DNA of 64,000 nucleotides from Flaccisagitta enflata. Taxonomy: Eukaryota. Shown here one piece after another: positions 30,006-43,546 of this stretch (position 1 is its first letter; every line of letters begins with the position of its first letter). The translations under genes were made by a program, and so were the position numbers. The stretch is taken from assembly GCA_965153355.1 (NCBI GenBank), contig OZ231126.1, forward strand, positions 26,474,001 through 26,538,000, written 5' to 3'. Below the pieces are notes generated by a model that did no database searches, had not been told where the DNA came from, and saw only the letters and a program-made list of their open reading frames with translations.

Positions 30006-30654
30006 TCTTATTTAAACTCATTAATTTTCTATTTATTACCATTTTATTTTAGAAAAGATAACTTGCATAATGCAGTAGAATAAAACAACATGCTGATATT
30101 TTTTGAAATAACTTTTACTGATTTTTATTTTTTATAGAATTGTCAATCTGCATGTTGATAAGCTCTGTCAGAGCTTATGTTCTGATATTTTTATCTATTA
30201 TCATGAAAACCATCATTCTTCAATACTAATAATTATCCTTTTAGAAAAAAGATTACACAATATTTTGCTAATTTTTGCAATTTCTGTGGGAACTTTAAAG
30301 CTAAAAGAAAAACGGAAGATGATGGAATTTAAAAACACAAGGCTGATACACTCCCCCTAAGTTGCGGATGGGTGGGCAGGAGCAGTATAGCAAAAAAAAA
30401 TAGTCGTATTTTGTTTTTGTTATTGATTGACGGACGGACCGACAAGGCAAGTTCTTGAGTTGCAAGTCTGCGACTAAAAATAATCATCTTTATGATTTTT
30501 GCTCTTTCACAGTACCTAAGTAAAGTGATGGGATAATCACAACTTTTGCTATGTGAAGCACCCAAATGATCCGACCTTACAAGGAATCGCAACTGGGACA
30601 AGCGTTGTTTGTATTTCGGCGGATTTGATTGGTCAAGAGGACTCTTCTTTTCTC

Positions 30655-31290
<636 letters not shown>

Positions 31291-32229
31291 CAACAGTTTT
31301 GCATCTGTTGTTGCAGTTGTTTAGACTTATGAGGAGCCATCTCAAAGTATTACTTAATGGACGAAAGCATTCACTCATTCATCCTTCGTTCATTCAATCA
31401 ATCAATAAATCATTCAATCAATCAATCAATCATTCATTCATTCACTCAATCATTCTTTCATTCAGGTCTTCGCTTAATTCTCTCATCGTCCATTGGAGTT
31501 GTTATGAAGGAAAAGAACAATGAAGGCAAGGAACAACGACGATGAAGGAGCAGAACAACAAAAATTAAGTATAAGAACGTCGATGATAAAGGAGACGGAG
31601 GACGATGATGAAGCGAAGAACGATGATGGAGGCGAAGAACGACGGTAAAGGAGAAAAAAATAGTGGTGAAGGGAAAGGACAACAGCGACAATCATGAAGA
31701 AGAACCATGATGATGGAGAAGTGGATCAATGGCGATAATGGAGAGGAACAATTAAGGAAAAAATCGAGGACGAGGAAGAAGAACAATGATAATAGAGATA
31801 AAGGACACTGATTGAAAAGAACACAGCAAAAACAAAAGAGCAACAAACAAAAAAAGAAGACAAATGAAAATTGATATTTGCCTGTTTTTTTTTAAGTGAC
31901 TGTTTCAATTTTGTTTCATACATGAATTTTTAGTTGCGGACACGCAACTCTATAAGAGGCTTTGTCCGTCGGTCCGTCAGTTTGTCGGTCCGTCCGTCTG
32001 TCGGTTGGTCCGTCCGTCCGTAAGCACGAGTCAAAAAGTGGGAAAATTGGCATATCCGCCCCTGTCCACCCATCTGCAACTCATGGCCGTGTATCCGGCC
32101 TTGTAATCTGAGGAACCTAATCTCATGAATCTTAACTTCTTCCTTTGATCACTGCAAAACCGCCATGCTAGAACTAGGTTACAAAGCTCAGGTCGCGGCT
32201 GTGCTGCGCTGTTAGGTTGCTCAGGCCGC

Positions 32230-33220
32230 GATTAAATCGCTTAGGCTGGGATTAGGTTGTTGAGGCTGGGATGAGGTTGTTGAGGCGGGGATTAGGTTGT
32301 TGATGCCAAGATTAGGTTGTTGATGCCAAGATTAGGTCGTTGAGGCCGGGATTAGGTCATTGGGGCCGGGATTAGGTCGTTGAGACCAGGATTAGGTCGT
32401 TGGGGCCTGGATTAGGTTGTTGAGGCTGGGATTAGGTCGTTGAGGTCGGGATAAGGTTGTTGAAGCTGGGATAAGGTTGTTGAGGCTGGGATAAGGTTGT
32501 TGAGGCTGGGATAAGGTTGTTGAGGCTGGGATAAGGTTGTTGAGGCCGGGATAAGGTTGTTGAGGCCAGGATAAGGTTGTTGAGGTTGGGATTAGGTCGT
32601 TGAGGCCAGGATTAGGTTGTTGAGGCCAGGGATTAGGTTGTTTAGGCTGGGATTAGGTCATTTAGGCCGGGTTTAGGTCTTTTTGGCTGGGATTAGGTCA
32701 TTGAGGCCAGGATTAGGTTGTTCAGGCCTGGACTAGGTTGTTCAGGCTAGGATAAGGTCGTTCAAGCTGGGATTAGGTTGTTCAGGTTGGGATTAGGTTG
32801 TTCAGGTTGGGATTAGGTTTTTCAGGCCAGGATGAGGTTGTTCAGGCTGGGATTAGGTTGTTCAGGCTGGGATTAGGTTGTTCAGGCTGGGATTAGGTCA
32901 TTCAGGCCAGGATTAGGTTGTTTGGGCCGGGATTAGGTTGTTCAGGCCGGGATTAGGTCGTTCAGGCCTGGATTAGGTTGTTCAGGCTGGGATTAGGTCA
33001 TTCAGGCCGGGATTAGGTTGTTCAGGCTGGCATTAGGTCGTTCAGGCTGGAATAAGGTCGCTGAGGGTGGGATTAGGTAGCTGAGGCCGCAATTAGGTCG
33101 CTGAGGCCTAAATAAAGTTGCTGAGGCCGCGAATAGGTCGCAGAGGCCTGGATAAGATCAAAGAGGCCGGGATTAGGTCGCTGAGACTGGGATTAGATCG
33201 CTGAGGCCAAGATTTGGTCG
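32230..33220. repeat. 20-bp minisatellite (GGGATTAGGTTGTT[G/C]AGGC[T/C])n, ~50 copies
   Basis: Clear 20-bp periodicity. Confidence 0.92.
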
Positions 33221-33435
33221 CCCACGTGGCCATGCTGCTTCCTGCGTGACTGCAATGTATGAGGTGTGGCCATAATGTGTCACGCACTGAACTTTGTAAC
33301 ATGTCATACATGGCCGTATGGTGTCACGAGCCGTTGTATGTATAGTATCACGCATGTTGCTGATATCAAATATCATGAGGCTTTTCTTGGAATTTTCTAA
33401 TATTCTGATTGACTTAACACTTCCAGTGATTGGGT

Positions 33436-33510
33436 TGTGATGTTAGTCCAGCGGTAGCAAGTTCGTTTCTCGCTCAAAAGGTCACGAGTTCAAATCTCGT
33501 TCGGGTGTTT
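33436..33510 (+). other. Degenerate tRNA-like sequence (SINE head or tRNA pseudogene)
   Basis: A-box-like TAGTCCAGCGGTAG and T-arm/B-box CGAG-TTCAAAT-CTCG at tRNA-like spacing; no good acceptor or anticodon stems. Confidence 0.45.
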
Positions 33511-33945
33511 CTTTTTTCACCCGTTTGAGGCCTACCGAAAGGGTTGAAATTGAGCAGTGCTGCCGAAAACGTTTTTGAGGTTTTTTGACTAACTTCCCTC
33601 CAATGGACTAGGCAATGGGCACAGATTTATGATCAGCTCACGGTCTTTTATCAACTGAATTTTTTGTAGAGAAATAAAGGGTAAAAAGCATTCTGCCTTA
33701 ACTAGCTAAGGAGACCAATCGCTAAAAGCCCTCAGCCTGCAACAGTATTTAGGGCTTCCGCCGAGCATTTATTAATTGATACAAAATTATTATTCATAAT
33801 GGATGCATTTCATCTGTATTTCTTTGAACATGAATCAATTTTATGAGAGCATAAACATGAAAACCTGAAAACGACAGCGAAACAAACATAGACACACCCA
33901 GTCAAAATAATTTAAGTACAGCGGGAGTTGAAACACATTTCGATA

Positions 33946-34368
33946 CACTTTTTTTTTTTATATAAGAGACCAGTTTATAAGAGACATGAGCCTGAGATTT
34001 GTCAAAATTTTAAGAACAAAATGAAATTCAGCTTGGGCCATTTTAAAAAAGAAATTGTTTTGATTTCTTACATGAAAAAAATAAAATCTATTCAGATTTT
34101 TCAGAAATATAGGTTGATTTTCTTAAAAAATAAATTTTTGTTTTAGTTTGCCTATGAAATCCGGAATTCTATTAAAAATGCCAAGATAATGATCAAGTTT
34201 AAGATACATGCAATTGTTCTCAATAGGGTAATAACATATGATTTATATTTTTTTTACATCCAAGAAATCAAGAACACTTTAAGAGAATTTCAGGTTTAAA
34301 ATGACCAAAAACTTAAGAACACCCAGGCTGAGTTCAAAAAAGATGTCTCTTATAAGATAAAAAACGTA
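33946..34368. mobile_element. ~420-bp MITE with TA flanks
   Basis: Inverted ends ..TTTTTTATATAAGAGAC / GTCTCTTATAAGATAAAAAACG, plus inner AGCCTG/CAGGCT. Confidence 0.5.
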
Positions 34369-34945
34369 TATCCTGATCGTCCACCAGAATCTACCCGTGC
34401 GGTCTTGATTTTGGCCTCACTAAGCCCTTTAAATGACACTCTTAAATTTGCCTTACCCTTCTTTTAACCCATCCAAAACCAAAACGTGCTCACAAGTAAC
34501 AAATAGAAATGCAGGCCCGTATATCATTACGCGCTACCCCTTCCCGACTTAAATTTCCCCGGTAACCCATCATGCGAATGTAACATTTGGCCAAAGCAAA
34601 ATTCACTTTAGTTATCAACAAGTGACGCGGGCTCATAGTAACGTCCCGGACACGTGAACAGCGGCGTCCAACCCCCATCCTCAACTCCCCCTCCCCTTCT
34701 CAGGACAATCGACAATCACAGCTACAGTGTCATAAATGCGCGTCTTCGCGTTTTCAACTCAACCGTGAAAGGAAAACAGATCAATGGACTAACAAAGTCC
34801 CCTTTAGTGTTGCGAGTCCGCAAGTAACAATCGAAAAACAATGTTTCATCAATAGTCATATGCAATGTGTCTTTGACGCTGCGAACGACGTAGACGAAAG
34901 AGTTGCCCAATGTAGCGCATGTGACAAAGAAAGCCGCTAAATAAC

Positions 34946-35237
<292 letters not shown>

Positions 35238-36569
35238 GGAGATAGTTGCAAATCCACGGAACCAGCGAAACTCCATCGCCTCGATGCGTGTTTGTTCGAA
35301 TGCGCGGCACTCCTTTCTGTTAGATGGAGTAGCGATACATATCTATTAAAGTAATGTCGGTTTCCAATTTATTCATAAACTAGAAAGTCTCTCATGGATA
35401 GTAAGGAGCCTACTTACAGGAGTATAATTTTACCGCGTCTGGCCGTCTGGTTGCTGACGGTGAGGGAATCGATGGTTTCCGTGCTATCCTCAATGATGTT
35501 CATCATTAGCATTTTAGTCCACGCCATTTCCGACATTGATGTCCTCTGTCATCTGCGCCTTCTAATGACAGCAACATCCGTCATTGGTGTCAGCCATTGG
35601 TATCTATCACCATTAATATCATCACCGTCGTCTTCATCACCGTCGTCTTCATCACCGTCGTCTTCACCTTCGTTTTTGTTGTCTTTATTCATCGTCGTTT
35701 GCATCAATGTCTCCATTGTCGTCGTCTTTACCAATACCATATTGTCAGTTCATGGGAGGGTTTTTACAATCCGAAATGGCGTTGGGTAGCAAATAAGCGG
35801 GGCATCAGGTCCAAATGTCAGACTCAAATTATTCTAATCTAAATGATACAATCTTAGAAAACACATGTATTTTTCCTTTGTTTCAATAAGGCCAGAAACA
35901 TGGTTATCCCGGTCACATGCGGTTGGGCAGGGGCAGTGATAGTGAAAGCCACTGGGGCATTTGGGCGGGAGCCTGGGTGATATAGAAACAAGGCCAAGTA
36001 GGCCAATAGGTGCGACGTCTGGATAGTCGAATGAATGCGTTACCGACCAACAGACCGACCGACAGACCAACGGACACAGCCAGTTATAGAGGTGCTTTGT
36101 CGCACCTAAAAACAAAAGGACCTACCGCTGGACGAATGGACAGACATAAGGGTTTAGCGTCGTGTAGCATATGACAAAAAAGTTAATTTTAGCCTGAGTG
36201 TCCGACTGTGAGGGTATTAAAATACGCTCCCCGATGCCCCTTTTTCGCCCAGTTCAACTCGATTTCATAGTTCTGGCGATCTAGCGCGTACCAGTAAGCA
36301 TACGGGAAGGCAAATTCCGTGAAAACGATAGTCATATTATGCTAGCAGATCAACTTTTTTTTTGGTCCCCTGCTGCGAAAGTCAATTCTTATTTACTATT
36401 CACCTAGCGACTTTCTTGAGGTTCATTAAACCCGGTTATTATGCGCAATTGGCCGTCAAAAGTTTTTCTCGTATCTCGTTGAAAAATAAATGCTGAGAAA
36501 GAAAAAAAAGTGGCTGCGTAACCGGGATCATTTGCGTATTGACTTGTTTCTCACTCAGAATCTACTTAC

Positions 36570-37061
36570 GGCACGATTTGCCTGATGAGTAGCACAGGCC
36601 ACAGTTGTGTCTTTCAACAACCTTTGATCATTACTCATGACATTGTCTTTAGACTCGTGGTAATCCTGTATATTAATGAACCCTTCGGCGCACCTTTTAG
36701 TAGTGGACACTTCTTGATAGCCAGTATCAAGTTGATTGATGAGATAATGAAAAGTGGTCTTTAAGCGTCCTGTCATCTCTTGGAGTAAGTCAATTGCATT
36801 TTGGTTGACGGGTTGGCGGTATTTCAGTTTTTCCGGCAATTCCATGAGCCAATCTGGAAACAACTTGACGGTGGTGGGGAAGAGGAGGAATCCATCCTCC
36901 TGGTAGACAACCTCTTTGACGGTGACTGCGGCACAAGTTGATGGATGCAGAAACGTTTCTGGTTGAAGACCGTTGATCTCGACGATGAAAGTGAGGAGCA
37001 GGAAGAGGATGAGGAGGCGTGGAGGGAAGAGAGGAGAAGACGACGACCTCGTTAAGACCGC
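36570..37061 (-). CDS. Paralogue 3, N-terminal coding exon (signal peptide + LQPETFLHPSTCAAVTVKEV...)
   Basis: ORF 36555-37094 is homologous to the family N-terminus. It is bounded by acceptor cttttctttaccattcaatcag and donor GCC|GTAAGT. There is no in-frame ATG before the signal peptide, so an upstream exon is implied. Confidence 0.8.
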
Positions 37062-37285
37062 CTGATTGAATGGTAAAGAAAAGTCAAGGAGCAAACAGTT
37101 CTAATCTGGTTTGGGCGGGTTTTCTATTACTGCAAACGTAAGGACTAAAAGATTATAATCTAAAAAGATCAAAGTTTTATATCTATTATACGCAGATTTT
37201 AGCTACAGGCTAATAGCAAATCAGCTATAGCGGGGTGATCAATTCCAGTTGTTCACCCACAGACATGATTACCGATAAAGGCGGC

Positions 37286-38760
37286 GGCAATCATCTAGAA
37301 TCCGGGATTGAGATTTTCAGAGGCGAAGACAGTAGACAGTAGTCTTTTGTTTCTGTTGGGCTCGGGCGAGCACTACGAAGGTTATTGAAGTTCTTTTTGC
37401 GCTGATTGACAAAGTTCTTTAAGTCTAAGGTTAGGGCCTAGGGGTGGTGTTAAGGTCAGGGCTGGGATTAGGGTTAGGGGTTGGGGGTTAGCTTAACAAC
37501 AATTTATGCGATGTCATAGAAAAGTTCTCCATCAAAGGGATACGGCCCAAAATCATGTTCACGGATGGACCATGAAAAAAACTTAGCCCTGGAACCCCTA
37601 TAAATTGGCGCCGCCACCCACCCCCTTTCCCATAGTAAAACATAAGCAAAAATCCTTCCTGTACATTTTCTATGGATTATGAGGGGGGGTGGCGGCGGCA
37701 ATTTTTAGAGGTCCCAGGACCACATTTTTGTTGTGGTTTATCTGTATACAGACGGAACACTATTTTAAGGAGAGGAGGCAGCAAGAGTTTTAGCCACCCC
37801 CCCTACAGGTAAATTGGTTTCATCAATTTTCTGACTGAAAGTGGTTTTGAACGCCTGAGGGGATGTGTTGTGGCGCCACCACGGCGATTTTTGAGTTTCA
37901 ATCTAGAACCTCCTAATTTGCCCCCTTTTAACCCCTAGAAGACCACCCTGCCAGAGTCAAAAAAATTGAAAATTTTTTTTTCATAATTTTTGCAAATTTT
38001 TTAGAAGAATATTGTTAAATGGTGTCTATATACACTGTAAATCACAATTTTTTGGTTTGTTTTGAGTTTTTTCATTAAAAAAATCAATTTTTAAGTTTTA
38101 GATTCTTAATTTTTATTTTTTCTCAATTCATTTTTTACATGAAAAACCGCAAAAAAAAAAAAATTGTGATTTATAGTGTATATGGACATCATTTAACAGT
38201 ATTCTACCAAAAAATTTACAAATATTGTGAAAAAAAATTTTACAATTTTTTTGCCCTCGGCGGGGTGGTCATTTAGGGGTTAAACGGGGGCAATTATGGG
38301 GGTTCTAGATTGAAACTAAAAAATTGCTACGGTGGCGCCACAACAAATCCCCCCAAGTGTTCAAAACCACTTTCAGTCAGTAAATTGATGAAACCAATTT
38401 ACCTGTAGGGGGGTGGCTAAAACTTCTGCTGCCTCCTCTCCTTAAAATAGTGTTCCGTCTGTACATGATTTTGAATCATATCCCTCTAATAGAGAACTTT
38501 CCTTCGACATTGCAAAAATGTTTGTTATGCTATTGGGGGTAGGTTCAGGGATTAGGGTTAAGGATGCGGTTAGGGGTGGAGCTAGGTTTAGTGGTGGGGT
38601 TAGGGGTAGGGGTGGTGTTAGTATTAGGGGTGGCGTTAGTATTAGGGGTGGCGTTAGAGTTAGTTATAGATTATGGTAGATGTCAATTACAATAGAGCTT
38701 TTTCATTATGCCTCTTTAATAAAAACAGTTTTTCTCAATCCCGAATACTAGATGACAGCC
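37286..38760. mobile_element. TIR element with degenerate TTAGGG-like tracts, hosting a nested MITE
   Basis: 28-bp inverted ends GGCAATCATCTAGAATCCGGGATTGAGA / TCTCAATCCCGAATACTAGATGACAGCC (4 mismatches); a second inverted pair at ~37508 and ~38492. No TSD recognised. Confidence 0.55.
37749..38461. mobile_element. 713-bp foldback MITE, ~310-bp TIRs, TA TSD (Tc1/mariner-type)
   Basis: TA|CAGACGGAACACTATTTTAAGGAGAGG ... CCTCTCCTTAAAATAGTGTTCCGTCTG|TA. Confidence 0.9.
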
Positions 38761-38869
38761 ATCTCACTTTCATTTCCCGCAATTCATCCCGCCTCACTCA
38801 TCGGATGCTTCACTACCACTCTTGTTGGTTAGTTTAGTCACCTAAATCAAAAATCACATTGATGGCTAG

Positions 38870-39389
38870 TTTTTGGGCAACAGCCCCAAAAGGGGTTAAT
38901 GACCTATGCTTTCACACATGGGGGAAATTTTTCCTTCTCCTTCGTCTTCTCCGTCCACCCTCCTCAAATCCCAGTCTTGAGGTCCAAATTCCAGTCTAGA
39001 GGCCCAAATCCCAGGCTCGAGGGCCATATCCCAGGCTCGATGCCCAAATCCTAGCCTTGAGGCCCAAATCCTAGCTTGGAGACCCAGATCCCAGCCTTGA
39101 GGCCCAAATCTCAGTCTCGAGGCCTCAAGGCAGGGATCTGGGCCTCAAGGCTGGGATTTGGGCCTCAAGGCTGGGATTTGGGCCTCAAGGCTGGGATTTG
39201 AGCCTAAAGCCTGGGTTTTGAGGGTTGGGACACAGAAGGAGAAGGAGGAGGAGAAAGAAAAATTTCCCCTATGTGTGAAAGCATAGGTCATTGACCCCTT
39301 CAGGGCCACTCCCTGCTTCCCCTTCAATTTCAAGTACAACCTACTTAGGCAAGGCGCGGGTACCGCTGACCATCTAACACTTTTGCGAC
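38870..39389. mobile_element. Inverted-arm/21-bp-minisatellite element related to 17643-18190 (opposite orientation)
   Basis: Arms AATGACCTATGCTTTCACACAT.GGGGAAATTTTT / AAAAATTTCCCCTATGTGTGAAAGCATAGGTCATT. The internal 21-mers switch orientation at ~39120. Shared terminal motif. Confidence 0.65.
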
Positions 39390-41624
39390 TATTGGCTTCA
39401 TGGGCAAGCCTGCCAAGTTTATTTCTCAAACCCAATGGAGCAGTCACTTTGTTGCTAGCATGCACTAATACCGCCTGGGACATTTAAAAGTTCAAATGTT
39501 TTTGAATTTACTCAATATATCACTATTATAAGAAAAAAATCATAACTTAAAATCTAAACATCGTAGAGACTTCTGGTTGGCGCCATTGGAGAAATTAGCT
39601 CTTTCTTACTATCTTGGCGGAAAGAAATACAGCAGTTGATAAATAGATTAATTATAAAGCTGAGATACTACAAACAAATGCAAAAAGTTTACTAAAATAA
39701 ATGAGTACAGGCTTCCTTAATATCATTGATGGTTTGCATTCATCGTGGCATAGGTTGATAACTTGATAGAGCTGCTGCAAGTATTCTAATGTGATTTGCT
39801 CAACAACCCTTTTGAACAATTTTTTTGGGGCCTATTTTTTGGATAAACAACTTCGGTCCCATTTCAAAGATCTTTTCAAGACCTTAACCAACTGTTACCA
39901 AATTTTTGTAAATCTGTTCAAATATAACTGAGTTGTAACTTACATGAGCTCTCAAACTTGAGTAATTTTACAGGAATTATTTTGGTTTCACTTTTCTGAA
40001 ATGAAACTTTCTTTGATTTACTCTCAGGATTGCAAAAATTTTCTGCTCTAATTTTTTCTGTCATGAATGAATCTGACTTTGCAAATGCGCTCAATTAAAA
40101 CAAATGCTGTGTTTCATCCAGTCACGATACACTATACGCCGAACCAGCACAGTATTGTACAGGGCACAGTATGTCAAAAATGGGGAAACAAAAAACGCCG
40201 AACTAAATCTTTAGTCTATATGAATCATATTAACCAGCCATAGGATGATATCTTGACCGGAAGTAGGTGCCCACTATGTAATCGGCCAGACTCAGGCTGT
40301 GGGAGCTCAAACAGTCAATTTAGCTAAAATTGAAAAATGCAAAAATGATAAAACAATGATTGAAACTGAAGTGTATTGGTTCATAAGGGAAGGACCCATT
40401 ACAATTTTGGCTCATATTTTGCATTTGGGGGGAGCTCAAGGGGTCTAAAAACCCTATTATTGGGGCGATTTTTGTTAAAAATAAGGGTACCTTTTGACTT
40501 ATTATTTTTTTAAGACATACTACACCCTGACATTAAGGCTTTATTGATGATGGAAATGCAAGAGGAGACTTTAAGATTTCATAATCAGGTCTCCATTTAT
40601 ATGTTCACCTCATATTTTTTTGTCAGTAGAACAAAATGCATTTTTATAAAATGAACGAGTAACTTCGCATTATAATCCTATGGGGGGGGGGGGGAAGAGC
40701 AAAAAATACAGTTTTATTTTTTTTTAGCTATGTACACCCTGGACTTAAGGTGATTTTTTTTAGCAATTCTTACCCTTTGGTGATGGCCTACTAGGGACTA
40801 GTTTCCATTTTTATGTACACCTCACCAATTTGGAGATATTGCACCTTGCTATTTTCCCTATTTCCAGCATGAGGATTTGGGAATGGACGCCATTGGAAAT
40901 AGCTTTTTCAGACTTACTGTTTTGGGTAAATCTTTGGATAAAAGGTTTTTTTATACAGATAAACTAATGTTGATAATAAGTCACAGGTTTAGGATGAGGT
41001 GGTTGAAGTATGTGAGGAGGAGGAGGAGGAGGAGGAGGAGGAGGAGGAGGAGGAGGAGGAGGGAGAAAGCAAGGTGGCAATCATAAAACTTGTTGTTCTA
41101 GACTTATTTTCAAGATATTTGTGTAGGTTTGCAAGCAACTGAGTGGGACTACATGATTAAAGAGGTGGAAAAGGAGGAGGAGAAGGAGAAGGAGGAGGGG
41201 GAGAAGAAGAAAGAGAAGAAGAAAAAGTAAAAAATGGAAAAGTAGACCGAAAATCAAGCAAATTTGTGATTTAATCTCATTTTTTCATATGTTTTAATGA
41301 AGGTTGGTGAAGGAAGTTTGTTTTATATAAATTGTAAAGGGTTGAGGTAGTGGTAGTTTTAGAGGTGGTGGAGGTTGAGGAGGAAGAGGAGGAGGAAGAG
41401 GAGGTGGAAATAACCAAACTTGTCTCAGCCCTGCTTTTAAGCTATTTAGATAATAGGTTAAAAGCAAATATGAAGGGTTAAAAGAGGATGAGGAGGAGGA
41501 GGAGGAGGAGGAGGAGGAAGAAGAAGAGGAGGAGGGACAAGTGAATATCAAAACCATAAAACATAAGTCATTTAGATAGTGGACCTCTATAATGTTATGA
41601 TCCCTTTCCTACATCTCTTCTCAA

Positions 41625-42245
41625 CTTGGCCCAAGCAAGGTTGAATACAAGCATGAACATATCATTTTGAAATTAAAAAATGGGCAAAACAGCTTATTTC
41701 CTCAAAAATCATCATTATTGGACCATTTTTGGGCTCAAAGGGCCCTCTGGGACCTGTAAAATTCCATGATATTGCTTGTCAGGGCTAGCTTGACTCAAGC
41801 AAGGTTGCACATATGCTTAAAGATATCATTCGACTACAAAAAATGAGCAAAAAAGCTTATTTTCCTCAAAATAACCATTTTTTGGACCCTTAGGGCCATC
41901 CAGGGCCCACAAAGCTCCATGATATTGCTTGCCAGGGCTTTCTTGACCCAAGCAAGGTAGTGCATAGGCATGAAGATATCATTTTAGTAAATTAAATGGG
42001 GGAAAAAGCATATTTTCTTCAAAATCGCCATTTTTTGGCCATTTTGGGGCCCTTAGGGACCTCTAGGGCCCGTGAAACTCCATGTTGTTGCTTGCCAGGG
42101 CTAGCTTGAACCAAGCAAGGTTGTACATAGGCACAAAGATATCATTTCAGTTTAGATAATGGGCAAAAATGAGCAAAAAAGCTTATTTTCCTCAAAATCG
42201 ACATTTAAGGGCCCCTAGGGCCCTTTGGGGCCCATAAAGCTGGAT
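41625..42245. repeat. ~155-bp degenerate tandem repeat, ~4 copies
   Basis: CCATGATATTGCTTG.CAGGGCT..CTTGAC.CAAGCAAGG at ~41764, ~41916 and ~42080; partial at ~41627. Confidence 0.75.
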
Positions 42246-42779
42246 ATTTTTCCTTATTTTACCTTCTAAAACACTCATAGATTTGTATTGTACAAAAAAA
42301 AATCCTGAAAGTGACCAAAATAATACTGTGCTGGTGTCGCCCAAAATGCGTATTGTGCGATAGTAGCTGTGAATATGAAAAACAAAACCTATCATCCCGG
42401 CCCAGCTGCCAAAGACTACCGCCAAAAAACTTTTTTTCTCCCCCCACGTTTCGAATTACATAATTCGACTTTTTTTCTAACAATTTGCATTTTCCTTTAT
42501 GTACAGTGAAAAACCGAAAATCGGTAATTACCATTTTGCCTTTGATCTTCATAGAAGTGAAGTCAGACGCATTCTTTGAATTTCGTAAATCCACAGTCAC
42601 TTGTGTTATATTCTTTTTCTACTCACTCGCTATATCTCATGAAATGTTAAGTTGAAAAAAGGGGATAACAAACAGAAAATTGTAAAACTTACAGTCACTA
42701 ACGATTTCGAACGTTTAGTAATTGATGAATGAATGAAAGAATAGATGAGCGAATTTCGATGTACAGGACTATGGCGATG

Positions 42780-43528
<749 letters not shown>

Positions 43529-43546
43529 GTTTAAGCAGCCATTTTT

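Noticed and set aside
37430-38665. True or interstitial telomere
   Set aside because: Short, degenerate tracts enclosed within a TIR element.
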